A stretch of 64,000 bases of DNA. Origin: Bacteroidales bacterium. GTDB lineage: Bacteria; Bacteroidota; Bacteroidia; Bacteroidales; UBA3824. Of this stretch, positions 27,281 through 35,713 are shown piece after piece. Under the pieces are notes generated by a model that was not told the origin of the DNA, ran no database searches, and saw only the letters and a program-made list of their open reading frames with translations. How positions within the stretch are numbered: position 1 is the stretch's first letter; each line of letters starts with the position of its first letter. Location: positions 1,524 through 65,523 of the forward strand of contig JAGCRY010000126.1 in the NCBI GenBank assembly GCA_017964465.1, in the 5' to 3' direction. The position numbers and the translations under genes were made by a program.

Positions 27281-27706
27281 TTAATCCACGAGCGTTGAGT
27301 CTTCGTTGTATTTATAGAACGTTATCTTGAAGTCCCCGTTGCGCTCGATGAACTCAAGGCGTTCATACATTGTGCCGTATGTGTAGTGGTTTTTGTATTT
27401 AATGGCAAGTCTTGTCACGTTGTCCATCGTGTAGGATTCAAAGTCGCGCCTCTGAACGCTGAGCAGCAGTCCGAGCGACTTGTCTTTTTCGATAAGGCCG
27501 TTGAGCCATATCTCTTTCGGGGTTGTCTTTATGGCTTCCTCGTCCAAGAATTGCATGGCGCTTTCATAGTCCTTGTTTTTCAGGCAGTTGTAGAAGTCGT
27601 TGCCTATGTTGTCGCATTGTGCGAATGCTCCACACGAGATTATTATTGTCGCTACAATGGCGCACAATAGTAATGGAAGCAATTTTTTCGAGCGTGTCAT
27701 AGTCAT
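27281..27706 (-). CDS. Hypothetical lipoprotein or secreted protein
   Basis: Signal or lipobox-like N-terminus KKLLPLLLCAIVATIIISCGAFAQ. No recognisable catalytic motifs. Confidence 0.55.
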   Translation of the reverse strand: MTMTRSKKLLPLLLCAIVATIIISCGAFAQCDNIGNDFYNCLKNKDYESAMQFLDEEAIKTTPKEIWLNGLIEKDKSLGLLLSVQRRDFESYTMDNVTRLAIKYKNHYTYGTMYERLEFIERNGDFKITFYKYNEDSTLVD

Positions 27707-27797
27707 TGTCTTTTGGCGTTGGGTTTTGATGTTGTGTTTTTAATGATGCGAAGATATAATTTTTTTTTCTGACTTCATACCATTTCCGTCGATTTTT

Positions 27798-28634
27798 TTA
27801 CCATAGTTTGACGTCGATGTCCGGCTCGTAATGCCATTTGCCTTTGTCGTAATAGTAACCGTCGAAGGACATGTCGGGTCCGTAGTATCGTGGATTGTGG
27901 ACGAATTGGGCAGGAGCCGACAGATGGTCGCCCACGACCATTTTCAGCCGTGGGTCGTATTGGAGGCTCATCACAGCCTTTTCAGTGAACTCAAACACAA
28001 TCCTATGCAGTCCGTCGGAATGTTCTGTGGCGAAAGAGCCTCCGAATTTTGCGTTCCATTCGTCGTCGAAGGTCAGCTGTTCGAGGACTTTGCGGTTTGT
28101 GAAAAGGTCTGCGCCGTCCCATCCGCACACAGCATACACCGGCGAGCGGCGGCTGCCGACTTGCTGAATCTGGTAATAGACTGCTCCATACCAGTTTCCT
28201 GCCTGCATATCGACAAATTGAGGGTTGCGCGTCTTTTTTTCGTCGTCGATGAGGCGTGTGACTTTTACGCCGTCGTCCTCGTCGTAGTGGATTACAAAGC
28301 CGTGGTAGAGGTATTTCTTGCCGTTGTTGAGCGGCACGGCGAATGTCATGAGGCGCACTAAGTTGTCGTCGGAGTATGCTGACGAGATGTTTTTGAGCAT
28401 CTCAAATTTGTAGTTGAACGCCGCGTCGTATTGCAGGAGTTGCAGCAGTTCATCGCACACCTTGCCCGAAATTTCCCTGCGCTCGTCGTCTGTGGTCGAG
28501 GCGAGGCATTTGTCGAGCAACGCCGCAACTGATTCCTCGCCGTATTTCAGGACGAGGGAATCCTGCGCACGTGCCGTGATGCCGATGATGGACATCACTA
28601 TTATTATAAAAAGCGTCTTTCTTGTCATGGGCAT
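27798..28634 (-). CDS. Hypothetical secreted protein
   Basis: Signal peptide MPMTRKTLFIIIVMSIIGITARAQ. ATG 28634 is preferred over track start 28709, which lies inside the terminator region. No family recognised. Confidence 0.55.
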   Translation of the reverse strand: MPMTRKTLFIIIVMSIIGITARAQDSLVLKYGEESVAALLDKCLASTTDDERREISGKVCDELLQLLQYDAAFNYKFEMLKNISSAYSDDNLVRLMTFAVPLNNGKKYLYHGFVIHYDEDDGVKVTRLIDDEKKTRNPQFVDMQAGNWYGAVYYQIQQVGSRRSPVYAVCGWDGADLFTNRKVLEQLTFDDEWNAKFGGSFATEHSDGLHRIVFEFTEKAVMSLQYDPRLKMVVGDHLSAPAQFVHNPRYYGPDMSFDGYYYDKGKWHYEPDIDVKLW

Positions 28635-28692
28635 GTAGTTTTTTTCAAAAAACAAATATATGTTTTTTTTGTTTTTGCTGCAAATAAAATGT

Positions 28693-28738
28693 ACAAAAAA
28701 AAGGCGCATCCATTATTATTTTGGATGCGCCTTTTTTA
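28693..28738. terminator. Bidirectional intrinsic terminator downstream of hsp20
   Basis: aaaaaaaaggcgcatcca-ttattattt-tggatgcgcctttttt: a 12-bp stem flanked by an A-run and a T-run. Confidence 0.65.
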
Positions 28739-28763
28739 GGAAACAGTTTCAGAATAAGTCAAA

Positions 28764-29213
28764 CTATTTGATTTCCACCGACTTCTTGGTGTTTACAACT
28801 GCGGCTTTCGGGATTGTGAGCGTCAGGATTCCGTTCTCGTACTTTCCGCCAATCTTTGCGCTGTCAACGCCTTCAGGCAGAGTGAACGACCTTGAGAAGC
28901 TGCTGAAGCAGAACTCCTGGCGGTAAATCTGTTTGTTGTCGGGGTTCTCCGTGGCGTTCTCTGCGCCTTCTGCACCCTTCTCCGTGTCTTCGGTGTTGTG
29001 TTCCTTATCGACAGAGATAGTGAGCAGGTTTTTGTCAACGTTCACATTGAAATCCTTCTTGTCGTAGCCCGGTGCAGCCATCTCGATAGCGAACTCCTTG
29101 TCGGATTCGGAGATGTTTACCGGCGGTACGCCGTACATTCTGTTGCGGTCGGCGTGGAACATGTTGTTGCCGAACCAGTCGATGTCGTCATTGTTGAAGA
29201 ATCTGTGTAACAT
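28764..29213 (-). CDS. Hsp20/alpha-crystallin family small heat-shock protein
   Basis: Alpha-crystallin domain motifs (PVNISESDKEFAIEMAAPGYDKKDFNVNVDKNLLTIS...FSRSFTLPEGVD...KYENGILTLTIPK). ATG 29213 is preceded by AAGGAGG (29219-29225). Confidence 0.85.
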   Translation of the reverse strand: MLHRFFNNDDIDWFGNNMFHADRNRMYGVPPVNISESDKEFAIEMAAPGYDKKDFNVNVDKNLLTISVDKEHNTEDTEKGAEGAENATENPDNKQIYRQEFCFSSFSRSFTLPEGVDSAKIGGKYENGILTLTIPKAAVVNTKKSVEIK

Positions 29214-29462
29214 ATTAGCCTCCTTGTTAAAACAGTTATGATGTCTCATTTTATTTGCGTTTTTTATTGTTAATATTCATGTTTACTGTCTTTGAACTGC
29301 TTTTCATTTCGCCGTTCACATACCAAGTTTTCAATCTTAGTGCCAAACCCGAAAATGGGCATTTTTGAGGATTTTTAATGACAAAACGGCAGTTTTAAAT
29401 GAAAATTTGACGGAAAATTATGACAAAATGGCGGTTTTGGGCGTTGTTTTAAAGTTTTTTTC

Positions 29463-29470
29463 TATCTTTG
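29463..29470 (+). promoter_or_regulatory. -7 promoter box TATCTTTG
   Basis: Matches TAnnTTTG, 23 nt upstream of ATG 29493. Confidence 0.4.
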
Positions 29471-29492
29471 TATCATCAACAATTTGGCACGT

Positions 29493-30485
29493 ATGGACGC
29501 AAAATATTTTGAAGAACAGATTTTTCATGTTGACAACGACGCCGACTTTGAGCGGTTGGCATTGCAACTATATGACTTTCAGCGGGAAAACAATCCAGTG
29601 TATCGTCGCTACCTCCAATACTTGGGCAGGGATGTCAAGGCGCACTCGTTGGAAGACATAATCTGTATGCCCGTAGGATTTTTCAAGAATTATGAAATTA
29701 AAACCACAGATTTCGTAGAACAATTAACATTTACAAGCAGCGGCACGACTGGCAAACAGACGAGCCGGCATTTCGTAAAAAATCCACACATATATTATAA
29801 GTGTCTGCTGAAAGGTTTTGAGGAATTTTACGGCGACATACGTCAATACACGGTGTTGGCATTGCTGCCGGCATACTTGGAGCGCACAGGATCGTCGCTT
29901 GTTACGATGGTGGAGCAATTGATGGAGGCATCCGGCAATGGCACGGGCGGTTTTTTCCTGTACGATTTCGATTCGTTGGCGCAGCATTTGGATTGGCTCG
30001 TTAACCATAATAAAAAGGTGTTGCTCATCGGCGTTACGTTTGCGCTGTTGGATTTTGCGGAAAAATTCAAGCGCAATTATGGTGATAAAGTCATCATCAT
30101 GGAGACCGGCGGCATGAAGGGACGGCGCAAAGAAATGGTGCGTGAAGAGGTCCATGAAATTCTTTGTAACAGCCTCGGTGTCAATGCAATACACTCTGAA
30201 TATGGCATGACGGAATTATTGTCGCAGGCATATTCGGACGGCGGCGGCATCTATCGTGAAACCTCCACGATGCGTATCCTCATCCGTGAACACAACGACC
30301 CCTTCAATTATGTCGGCTCTGGCATCAGCGGCGGCATAAACGTCATCGACCTTGCAAACATTTATTCATGCAGTTTCTTGGAAACGAGCGACTTGGGCAT
30401 AAAGTATGCCGACGGCTCGTTCAAAGTTTTGGGACGTTTCGACGATGCCGACCGGCGCGGATGCAACCTTTTGTATGCCGGTTAG
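29493..30485 (+). CDS. LuxE-like acyl-protein synthetase / acyl-adenylate-forming enzyme
   Basis: FERLALQLYDFQRENNPVYRRYLQYLG, TSSGTTG (AMP-binding-like), METGGMKGRR. This resembles LuxE/PaaK-type proteins conserved in Bacteroidota. The function assignment is tentative. Confidence 0.6.
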   Translation: MDAKYFEEQIFHVDNDADFERLALQLYDFQRENNPVYRRYLQYLGRDVKAHSLEDIICMPVGFFKNYEIKTTDFVEQLTFTSSGTTGKQTSRHFVKNPHIYYKCLLKGFEEFYGDIRQYTVLALLPAYLERTGSSLVTMVEQLMEASGNGTGGFFLYDFDSLAQHLDWLVNHNKKVLLIGVTFALLDFAEKFKRNYGDKVIIMETGGMKGRRKEMVREEVHEILCNSLGVNAIHSEYGMTELLSQAYSDGGGIYRETSTMRILIREHNDPFNYVGSGISGGINVIDLANIYSCSFLETSDLGIKYADGSFKVLGRFDDADRRGCNLLYAG

Positions 30486-31102
30486 CCGAGTTTTCCTTCG
30501 ATGCGGTCGAGCCGCGCCGTGATGTCTTCTAACATGGTTTCAGCGTGGTCGTCCTTGTCATAACACTTTATAATATAGCGAATATTGAAGGCGCGGACGG
30601 CGTTTGCATCGTCAATTTTGCCGTTTGCAATGGAGATTCCGGTGCGTTTCAGTAGCAATGTCCGCTCCTGCTTGTCGTTGTCGAAAAGGCTTTTTGAAGT
30701 TTCCTTTTTATTGACAATCAGGATGTTCCGCCCAAACTCCATTCCTATCATGCCATCCTCGATGCCTGGAATTTGGAGGAATTGTTTTGCCTGATATTTG
30801 TCACCGGCTGCTATGGCGTCGGCGTATGATGGTATTTCGTCGGCTTTGATATACGGAATACCCTTGCTGACAGCATTGTAGGCGGCATTTTCACCGTCCG
30901 CAAGGCTGCGGCAGAGGAGGTCTTCGAGCGTGATGCCGAAGTGACGTGCGATTTTCACAAACAGTTCAACCTTGGGTTCGGCGCGTTCTTCCTCGTATGC
31001 TCCGACCGCTGTACGCTTGAGTCCAAACAGTTCTGCGAAGGCTGACTGGCTCATTTGGTGAGTGTTTCGCAAAAATCTTATGTTTTGACTAAAAAAAGAC
31101 AT
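30482..31102 (-). CDS. XRE-family HTH transcriptional regulator with a C-terminal domain of unknown function
   Basis: N-terminal HTH_3: NIRFLRNTHQMSQSAFAELFGLKRTAVGAYEEERAEPKVELFVKIARHFGITLEDLL. The C-terminal ~130 aa could be a degenerate S24/LexA-like fold (not verified). Confidence 0.7.
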   Translation of the reverse strand: MSFFSQNIRFLRNTHQMSQSAFAELFGLKRTAVGAYEEERAEPKVELFVKIARHFGITLEDLLCRSLADGENAAYNAVSKGIPYIKADEIPSYADAIAAGDKYQAKQFLQIPGIEDGMIGMEFGRNILIVNKKETSKSLFDNDKQERTLLLKRTGISIANGKIDDANAVRAFNIRYIIKCYDKDDHAETMLEDITARLDRIEGKLG

Positions 31103-31145
31103 AAAAAAATTGTAAAAAAATTTTGATTAATTAAAAAAAATGACC

Positions 31146-31153
31146 TATATTTG
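31146..31153 (+). promoter_or_regulatory. -7 promoter box TATATTTG upstream of pspA
   Basis: Matches TAnnTTTG, 37 nt upstream of ATG 31190. Confidence 0.45.
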
Positions 31154-31189
31154 ACGTGACAAAATTAATAAAAATAAAATACAAATACT

Positions 31190-32044
31190 ATGGGATTTTT
31201 TCAAAGAATATTCAGGTGGGGCAAGTCCGAGGTGAATAGCGCCATGGAGTCCCTCGAAGACCCGATCAAGATGACTGACCAGGGCATCAAAGACCTTGAG
31301 GCTGACCTCGAGAAGAGCATTAAGGCTCTTGCATCTGTAAAGGCAAGTTGCATCACAGCAAAGAACGACCTTGAGAAGGCAAAACAGGATGTGACTGATT
31401 ACCAGAACAAAGCGATGACATTCGTACAGGCTGCAGAGCAGGGCAAAATCTCCCATGAGGAGGCAGATCGCCTTGCAACTCAATGCCTTGAGAAGAAGAG
31501 CCAGAGGAGCCGCGACCTTCCGCAGTTGGAGGCCAATTACGGCAGGCTTCAGGGACAGGTTACAAAATTCGAGGACACCATCAAGACCCTCAAGAACCAG
31601 ATTGACAAGTGGAAAAACGAGGCAAAGATGCTCAAAGCGCGTGCAAAGGTCAGCGAAGCTACCGCAAACGTCAACAAGCAGCTTGCCGGCATCGATTCGA
31701 CCGACACAATCGCAATGCTTGAGAAGATGAAGGAGAAAGTGAACGAGCAGGAAGCACTCGCAGACTCTTACCTCGAGATTGCAGCCGTTTCTGGTTCTGC
31801 AGACATCGACAACGCTTACCAGGCACTCGGCGGCGGTGTTGAGGCTCAGAGCGAACTCCTCGCACTCAAAGCGCAGATGGCAGAGACAAAAGCCATTTCG
31901 AGCGGCAGCGCATCTGACGCAGCACCCTCAAGCAGCGCGGCTACATCTGAACTCGACGCTCTCAAACAGGAAATGGCTGCTCAACAGCAGACCGCATCCG
32001 CTGAGCGTCCGATGCAGCAGGCCGACGAGGCACCAATGGAATAA
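31190..32044 (+). CDS. pspA: PspA/IM30 family protein
   Basis: MGFFQRIFRWGKSEVNSAMESLEDPIKMTDQGIKDLEADL... followed by a long coiled coil typical of PspA/Vipp1. The C-terminal tail is A/S/Q-rich. Confidence 0.85.
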   Translation: MGFFQRIFRWGKSEVNSAMESLEDPIKMTDQGIKDLEADLEKSIKALASVKASCITAKNDLEKAKQDVTDYQNKAMTFVQAAEQGKISHEEADRLATQCLEKKSQRSRDLPQLEANYGRLQGQVTKFEDTIKTLKNQIDKWKNEAKMLKARAKVSEATANVNKQLAGIDSTDTIAMLEKMKEKVNEQEALADSYLEIAAVSGSADIDNAYQALGGGVEAQSELLALKAQMAETKAISSGSASDAAPSSSAATSELDALKQEMAAQQQTASAERPMQQADEAPME

Positions 32045-32074
32045 AAAAGTGGATTATTTGTGAATAATTGTACA

Positions 32075-32113
32075 GCAAGCCTTACAATGCGAATTGTAGG
32101 CTTGCTTTTTATT
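32075..32113 (+). terminator. Intrinsic terminator after pspA
   Basis: gcaagccttacaat-gcga-attgtaggcttgc followed by tttttattt. Confidence 0.65.
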
Positions 32114-32119
32114 TCATTG

Positions 32120-32165
32120 AATAACCCTTCAATCACTTCAATTACTTCAATCACTTCTAATTATT
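32120..32165 (+). repeat. G-free nonamer tract (YACTTCAAT)n upstream of ATG 32169; shares an exact 22-mer with 53058-53079
   Basis: 46 nt without a single G. cttcaattacttcaatcacttc (32136-32157) is identical to 53058-53079. Confidence 0.9.
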
Positions 32166-32168
32166 GGT

Positions 32169-32669
32169 ATGAGTCTCTATCAATTGTCCAAACGGATTGA
32201 CAGGCGTTATGAAAAGCTGACGCCTAATGCCAAGTCGTTGATATTCATCGGCATCATAATTTTATTGTTGCTGTTGTTGGGATTGTTCGGGTGGTTTTTG
32301 TATGATAAGAACCGCCAGTATGCTGACGCGGAGCGTTACATCAAGGAGCTCGAGGAGTCCAAACAAAACTACTATCTTGTTACAATCGCAAACAGCAACC
32401 TTGAAAAGAGATTGCAGGATTTGAGCCTGCGCCTTGCTGAGACTTTGAACAACACCATTGAACTTGAGCGAATGTTCAAGGAACTCGAAGCGGAAAATGT
32501 CAGTCTCGAAGAAATCCGCGATGCAATGGAGAAAGGTCTCAAGAGAACCAAAACCCAATTGGACAATATGAGAGGTTCAGTAAATTATCTTATCGACCAG
32601 CGTCAAAAGGACATCATACAAATGGGTGAGAAGGTGAAAATTGAAAAGACAAATACACACGGAAAATAA
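32169..32669 (+). CDS. Hypothetical single-pass membrane coiled-coil protein
   Basis: TM helix SLIFIGIIILLLLLLGLFGWFLY followed by ~120 aa of heptad-like E/K/L-rich sequence, downstream of pspA. Confidence 0.55.
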   Translation: MSLYQLSKRIDRRYEKLTPNAKSLIFIGIIILLLLLLGLFGWFLYDKNRQYADAERYIKELEESKQNYYLVTIANSNLEKRLQDLSLRLAETLNNTIELERMFKELEAENVSLEEIRDAMEKGLKRTKTQLDNMRGSVNYLIDQRQKDIIQMGEKVKIEKTNTHGK

Positions 32670-32698
32670 TAGGGATTCTATGAAATCTCCATTCATAC

Positions 32699-32750
32699 AA
32701 AACCGCCGGCGTAGGATTTTATAGAAAATTCCGACGCCGGCGGTTTATTT
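32699..32750. terminator. Bidirectional terminator between convergent genes
   Basis: aaaccgccggcgtagga...tccgacgccggcggttt, with an A-run 5' and tattttt 3'. Confidence 0.65.
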
Positions 32751-32772
32751 TTGAGCCATGACGACTATTTTT

Positions 32773-33642
32773 TTAGTTCCTTTGTTTAGCCGCTTTCAGA
32801 GTGTTTTTCAGGAGTGAACATATTGTCATCGGTCCAACGCCGCCCGGGACGGGTGTGATGTAGGAGCACAATGGCGCAACATTCTCAAAATCGACGTCTC
32901 CGCAGAGTTTCCAACCTGATTTTGTCTTGTCGCTCTTAACGCGGGTTGTACCGACGTCAATGATTGCGCAGCCGGGTTTAACCATGTCGGCGGTAACGAA
33001 ACCAGGTTTGCCGATTGCGGCGACGAGGATGTCGGCTGTTTTGGCAATTTCCTTGAGGTTTTCAGTGCGCGAGTGGCATACGGTTACTGTTGCGTCCACG
33101 CCTTTCTGACTCATCAGGATGCTCAGCGGACGGCCAACAATGTTGCTGCGGCCGATGATGACGCAGTGTTTGCCGGCGGTTGGAATTTCATAACGTTTCA
33201 ATAAGTCCACAATGCCCGAAGGTGTTGCCGAAACGAAGGTGTCGAGACCGGCGACGAGTTTTCCAAGGTTTGTGGGATGGAAACCGTCAACATCCTTTTT
33301 GGGATTGATAGCCTCGATGATTTTCTGCTCGTCGATGTGTTTGGGCAGTGGGAGCTGAACGATGAAACCGTCCAAGTCGCTGTCGTTGTTGAGTTTATCG
33401 ACGGTTTTGAGGAGTTCGTCCTCGGTGATGTCGTCCTCAAAACGTATCAAAGTAGATTTGAAGCCCACTTCCTCACACGATTTAATCTTGTGCGCAACGT
33501 ATGTCTCGCTGCCTCCGTCGTGTCCGACGAGGACAGCGGCGAGATGAGGAGCGCGACCGCCGTTTGCAATTATTTTTTTGACTTCCTCGGCAATTTCCTG
33601 CTTGATTTCTGCCGAAGTCTTCTTTCCGTCAATCAGTTCCAT
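32773..33642 (-). CDS. folD: Bifunctional methylenetetrahydrofolate dehydrogenase / methenyl-THF cyclohydrolase
   Basis: [17 protein letters not shown]..., [33 protein letters not shown]. Confidence 0.92.
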   Translation of the reverse strand: MELIDGKKTSAEIKQEIAEEVKKIIANGGRAPHLAAVLVGHDGGSETYVAHKIKSCEEVGFKSTLIRFEDDITEDELLKTVDKLNNDSDLDGFIVQLPLPKHIDEQKIIEAINPKKDVDGFHPTNLGKLVAGLDTFVSATPSGIVDLLKRYEIPTAGKHCVIIGRSNIVGRPLSILMSQKGVDATVTVCHSRTENLKEIAKTADILVAAIGKPGFVTADMVKPGCAIIDVGTTRVKSDKTKSGWKLCGDVDFENVAPLCSYITPVPGGVGPMTICSLLKNTLKAAKQRN

Positions 33643-33648
33643 TTCTTT

Positions 33649-34980
33649 TTATCGTTTCATTTTAGACATGAGACCAGCGATGCGCCTTGCGCCGCCGCCG
33701 GACATCATTTTCATAATCTTACGGGTTTCCTCGAATTGTTTGAGGAGGCGGTTGACGATTGCGACATTTGAGCCAGAGCCGTCTGCAATCCTGCGGCGGC
33801 GGCTGCCGTTGATAATCTGCGGATTTTCACGCTCCTCGGGTGTCATGGACATGATGATAGCCTCAATCTCCTTGAATGCGTCGTCGGAAATGTCGAGGTT
33901 TTTGATAGCCTTGCCAACGCCCGGAATCATTGATGCGAGGTCTTTCAAGTTGCCCATCTTCTTGATTTGCTGAATCTGCGCGAGGAAGTCGTTGAAATTG
34001 AATTGATCCTTCAAAATCTTCTTCTGCAACTTCTTAGCCTCCTCCTCGTCGTACTGCTGCTGGAGTTTTTCGGCGAGAGACACGATGTCGCCCATGCCGA
34101 GGATACGGTCAGCCATACGTGAGGGATAGAAGATGTCGAGGGCGTCGATTTTTTCGCCCGTGGACACAAACTTGATAGGTTTATCAACTGTGTATCTGAT
34201 ACTTAACGCTGCACCACCACGGGTGTCACCGTCGAGTTTTGTGAGGACAACGCCATCGAAATTGAGCCTTTCATTGAACGCCTTTGCAGTGTTTACGGCG
34301 TCCTGACCTGTCATGGAGTCAACGACGAAAAGGATTTCGGTGGGGTTTGTTTCTTTCTTGATGTTTGAAATTTCGTTCATCATCTCCTCGTCAACTGCGA
34401 GACGGCCTGCGGTATCGATGATTACTACATCGTTGCCGTTTTTCTTCGCCTGTTCAATGGCTGCCTTTGCAATTTTGACGGGGTTTTTGTTGCCTTCCTC
34501 AGTATAAACCGGCACTTGGATTTGCTCTGCAAGCACCTTCAACTGCTCGATAGCCGCCGGACGGTAAACGTCGCCCGCAACGAGCAACGGTTTTTTTGAC
34601 TTGTTTTTCTTGATGAAGTTTGCAAACTTGCCCGAGAATGTTGTCTTACCAGAACCTTGGAGACCGGCGATGAGGATAATCGCGGGGTTGCCTTTGAGGT
34701 TTACTTCGGTCTCGGTTGTGCCCATGAGGGTGATGAGTTCGTCATGGACGAGTTTGATCATCAATTGGTTAGGTTTCAGTTCGCCTTGAACCTGAGTGCC
34801 GAGAGCCTTTTCCTTTACCTTGTTGGTGAACTCCTTTACTATATTGTAGTTGACGTCGGCGTCGAGCAATGCCCTGCGCACTTCCTTCAACGCCTCCACG
34901 ACGTTGATTTCGGTGAGTTTGCCCTCGCCTTTTATCATCTTGAACGATTGTTCAAGCTTTTCGGATAAACTTTCAAACAT
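33649..34980 (-). CDS. ffh: Signal recognition particle protein Ffh
   Basis: MFESLSEKLEQSFK..., GLQGSGKTT, DTAGR, TKLDGD, and a methionine-rich M domain. Confidence 0.95.
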   Translation of the reverse strand: MFESLSEKLEQSFKMIKGEGKLTEINVVEALKEVRRALLDADVNYNIVKEFTNKVKEKALGTQVQGELKPNQLMIKLVHDELITLMGTTETEVNLKGNPAIILIAGLQGSGKTTFSGKFANFIKKNKSKKPLLVAGDVYRPAAIEQLKVLAEQIQVPVYTEEGNKNPVKIAKAAIEQAKKNGNDVVIIDTAGRLAVDEEMMNEISNIKKETNPTEILFVVDSMTGQDAVNTAKAFNERLNFDGVVLTKLDGDTRGGAALSIRYTVDKPIKFVSTGEKIDALDIFYPSRMADRILGMGDIVSLAEKLQQQYDEEEAKKLQKKILKDQFNFNDFLAQIQQIKKMGNLKDLASMIPGVGKAIKNLDISDDAFKEIEAIIMSMTPEERENPQIINGSRRRRIADGSGSNVAIVNRLLKQFEETRKIMKMMSGGGARRIAGLMSKMKR

Positions 34981-35058
34981 ATTGCTTTTGCTTTTTGGTA
35001 TTATTTTTACAATGCGGCAAATTTAATAATTTTTTTTGGGATTTCACGAAAATAATTG

Positions 35059-35066
35059 TAGATTTG
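35059..35066 (+). promoter_or_regulatory. -7 promoter box TAGATTTG
   Basis: Matches TAnnTTTG, 31 nt upstream of ATG 35097. Confidence 0.4.
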
Positions 35067-35096
35067 TGGAAAAATATTTGGATATCAAACTTCAAG

Positions 35097-35633
35097 ATGA
35101 CAAAACAAGAACTCCGCGCTCAAATCCGCGCCGCTAAACGCCTGCACACCTCGGGGCAACTTGCCGTTTTTTCCAAAACTTTATGCGACAAGATTTTGAA
35201 AATGCCGATATTCCAATCTGCACACACCTTATTATTATATAGTCCGCTGCCTGACGAGGTGGATGTGTTTCCTATTGTTAGCAATGCGCATGAAAATGGC
35301 AAAACCGTCCTGCTGCCAAAGGTCGTGGGCAACGATTTGGAGTTGCATATATATAAAGGTGTGGAATCGTTGGAGCGCGGGGCTTTTGGAATTTTAGAGC
35401 CGATGGGAGAAGTTTTTTTTGATTATGACACTGTGGATGTTGCCATCATTCCGGGCATGGCTTTCGACAAGGTTGGTCACCGACTTGGGCGTGGCAAGGG
35501 TTTTTATGACAGAATGTTGCCACGGCTCAAAAACTCTTATAAAATCGGCGTGTGTTTCCCATTCCAGTATTTTGACGAGATACCGAGCGAGGCGCACGAT
35601 GTCAGGATGGATTGCGTGGAGTACGGTGGATAA
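35097..35633 (+). CDS. 5-formyltetrahydrofolate cyclo-ligase
   Basis: MTKQELRAQIRAAKR..., LLYSPLPDEVD, LLPKV, IIPGMAFDKVGHRLGRGKGFYDR. ATG 35097 is preferred over track start 34995. Confidence 0.8.
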   Translation: MTKQELRAQIRAAKRLHTSGQLAVFSKTLCDKILKMPIFQSAHTLLLYSPLPDEVDVFPIVSNAHENGKTVLLPKVVGNDLELHIYKGVESLERGAFGILEPMGEVFFDYDTVDVAIIPGMAFDKVGHRLGRGKGFYDRMLPRLKNSYKIGVCFPFQYFDEIPSEAHDVRMDCVEYGG

Positions 35634-35713
35634 AAAAATGGGACAGCCGAGGCTGCCCCATTCACAGTTAATTCACATATAAACTTTCCAAAGTTAAATC
35701 TTGAAAAACAAAA

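Noticed and set aside
29365-29661. 98-aa plus-strand ORF covering the hsp20/LuxE-like intergenic repeats.
   Set aside because: It runs out of frame into the LuxE-like gene, starts upstream of that gene's promoter box, and has no protein-like features. The repeats are better explained as operator sites.
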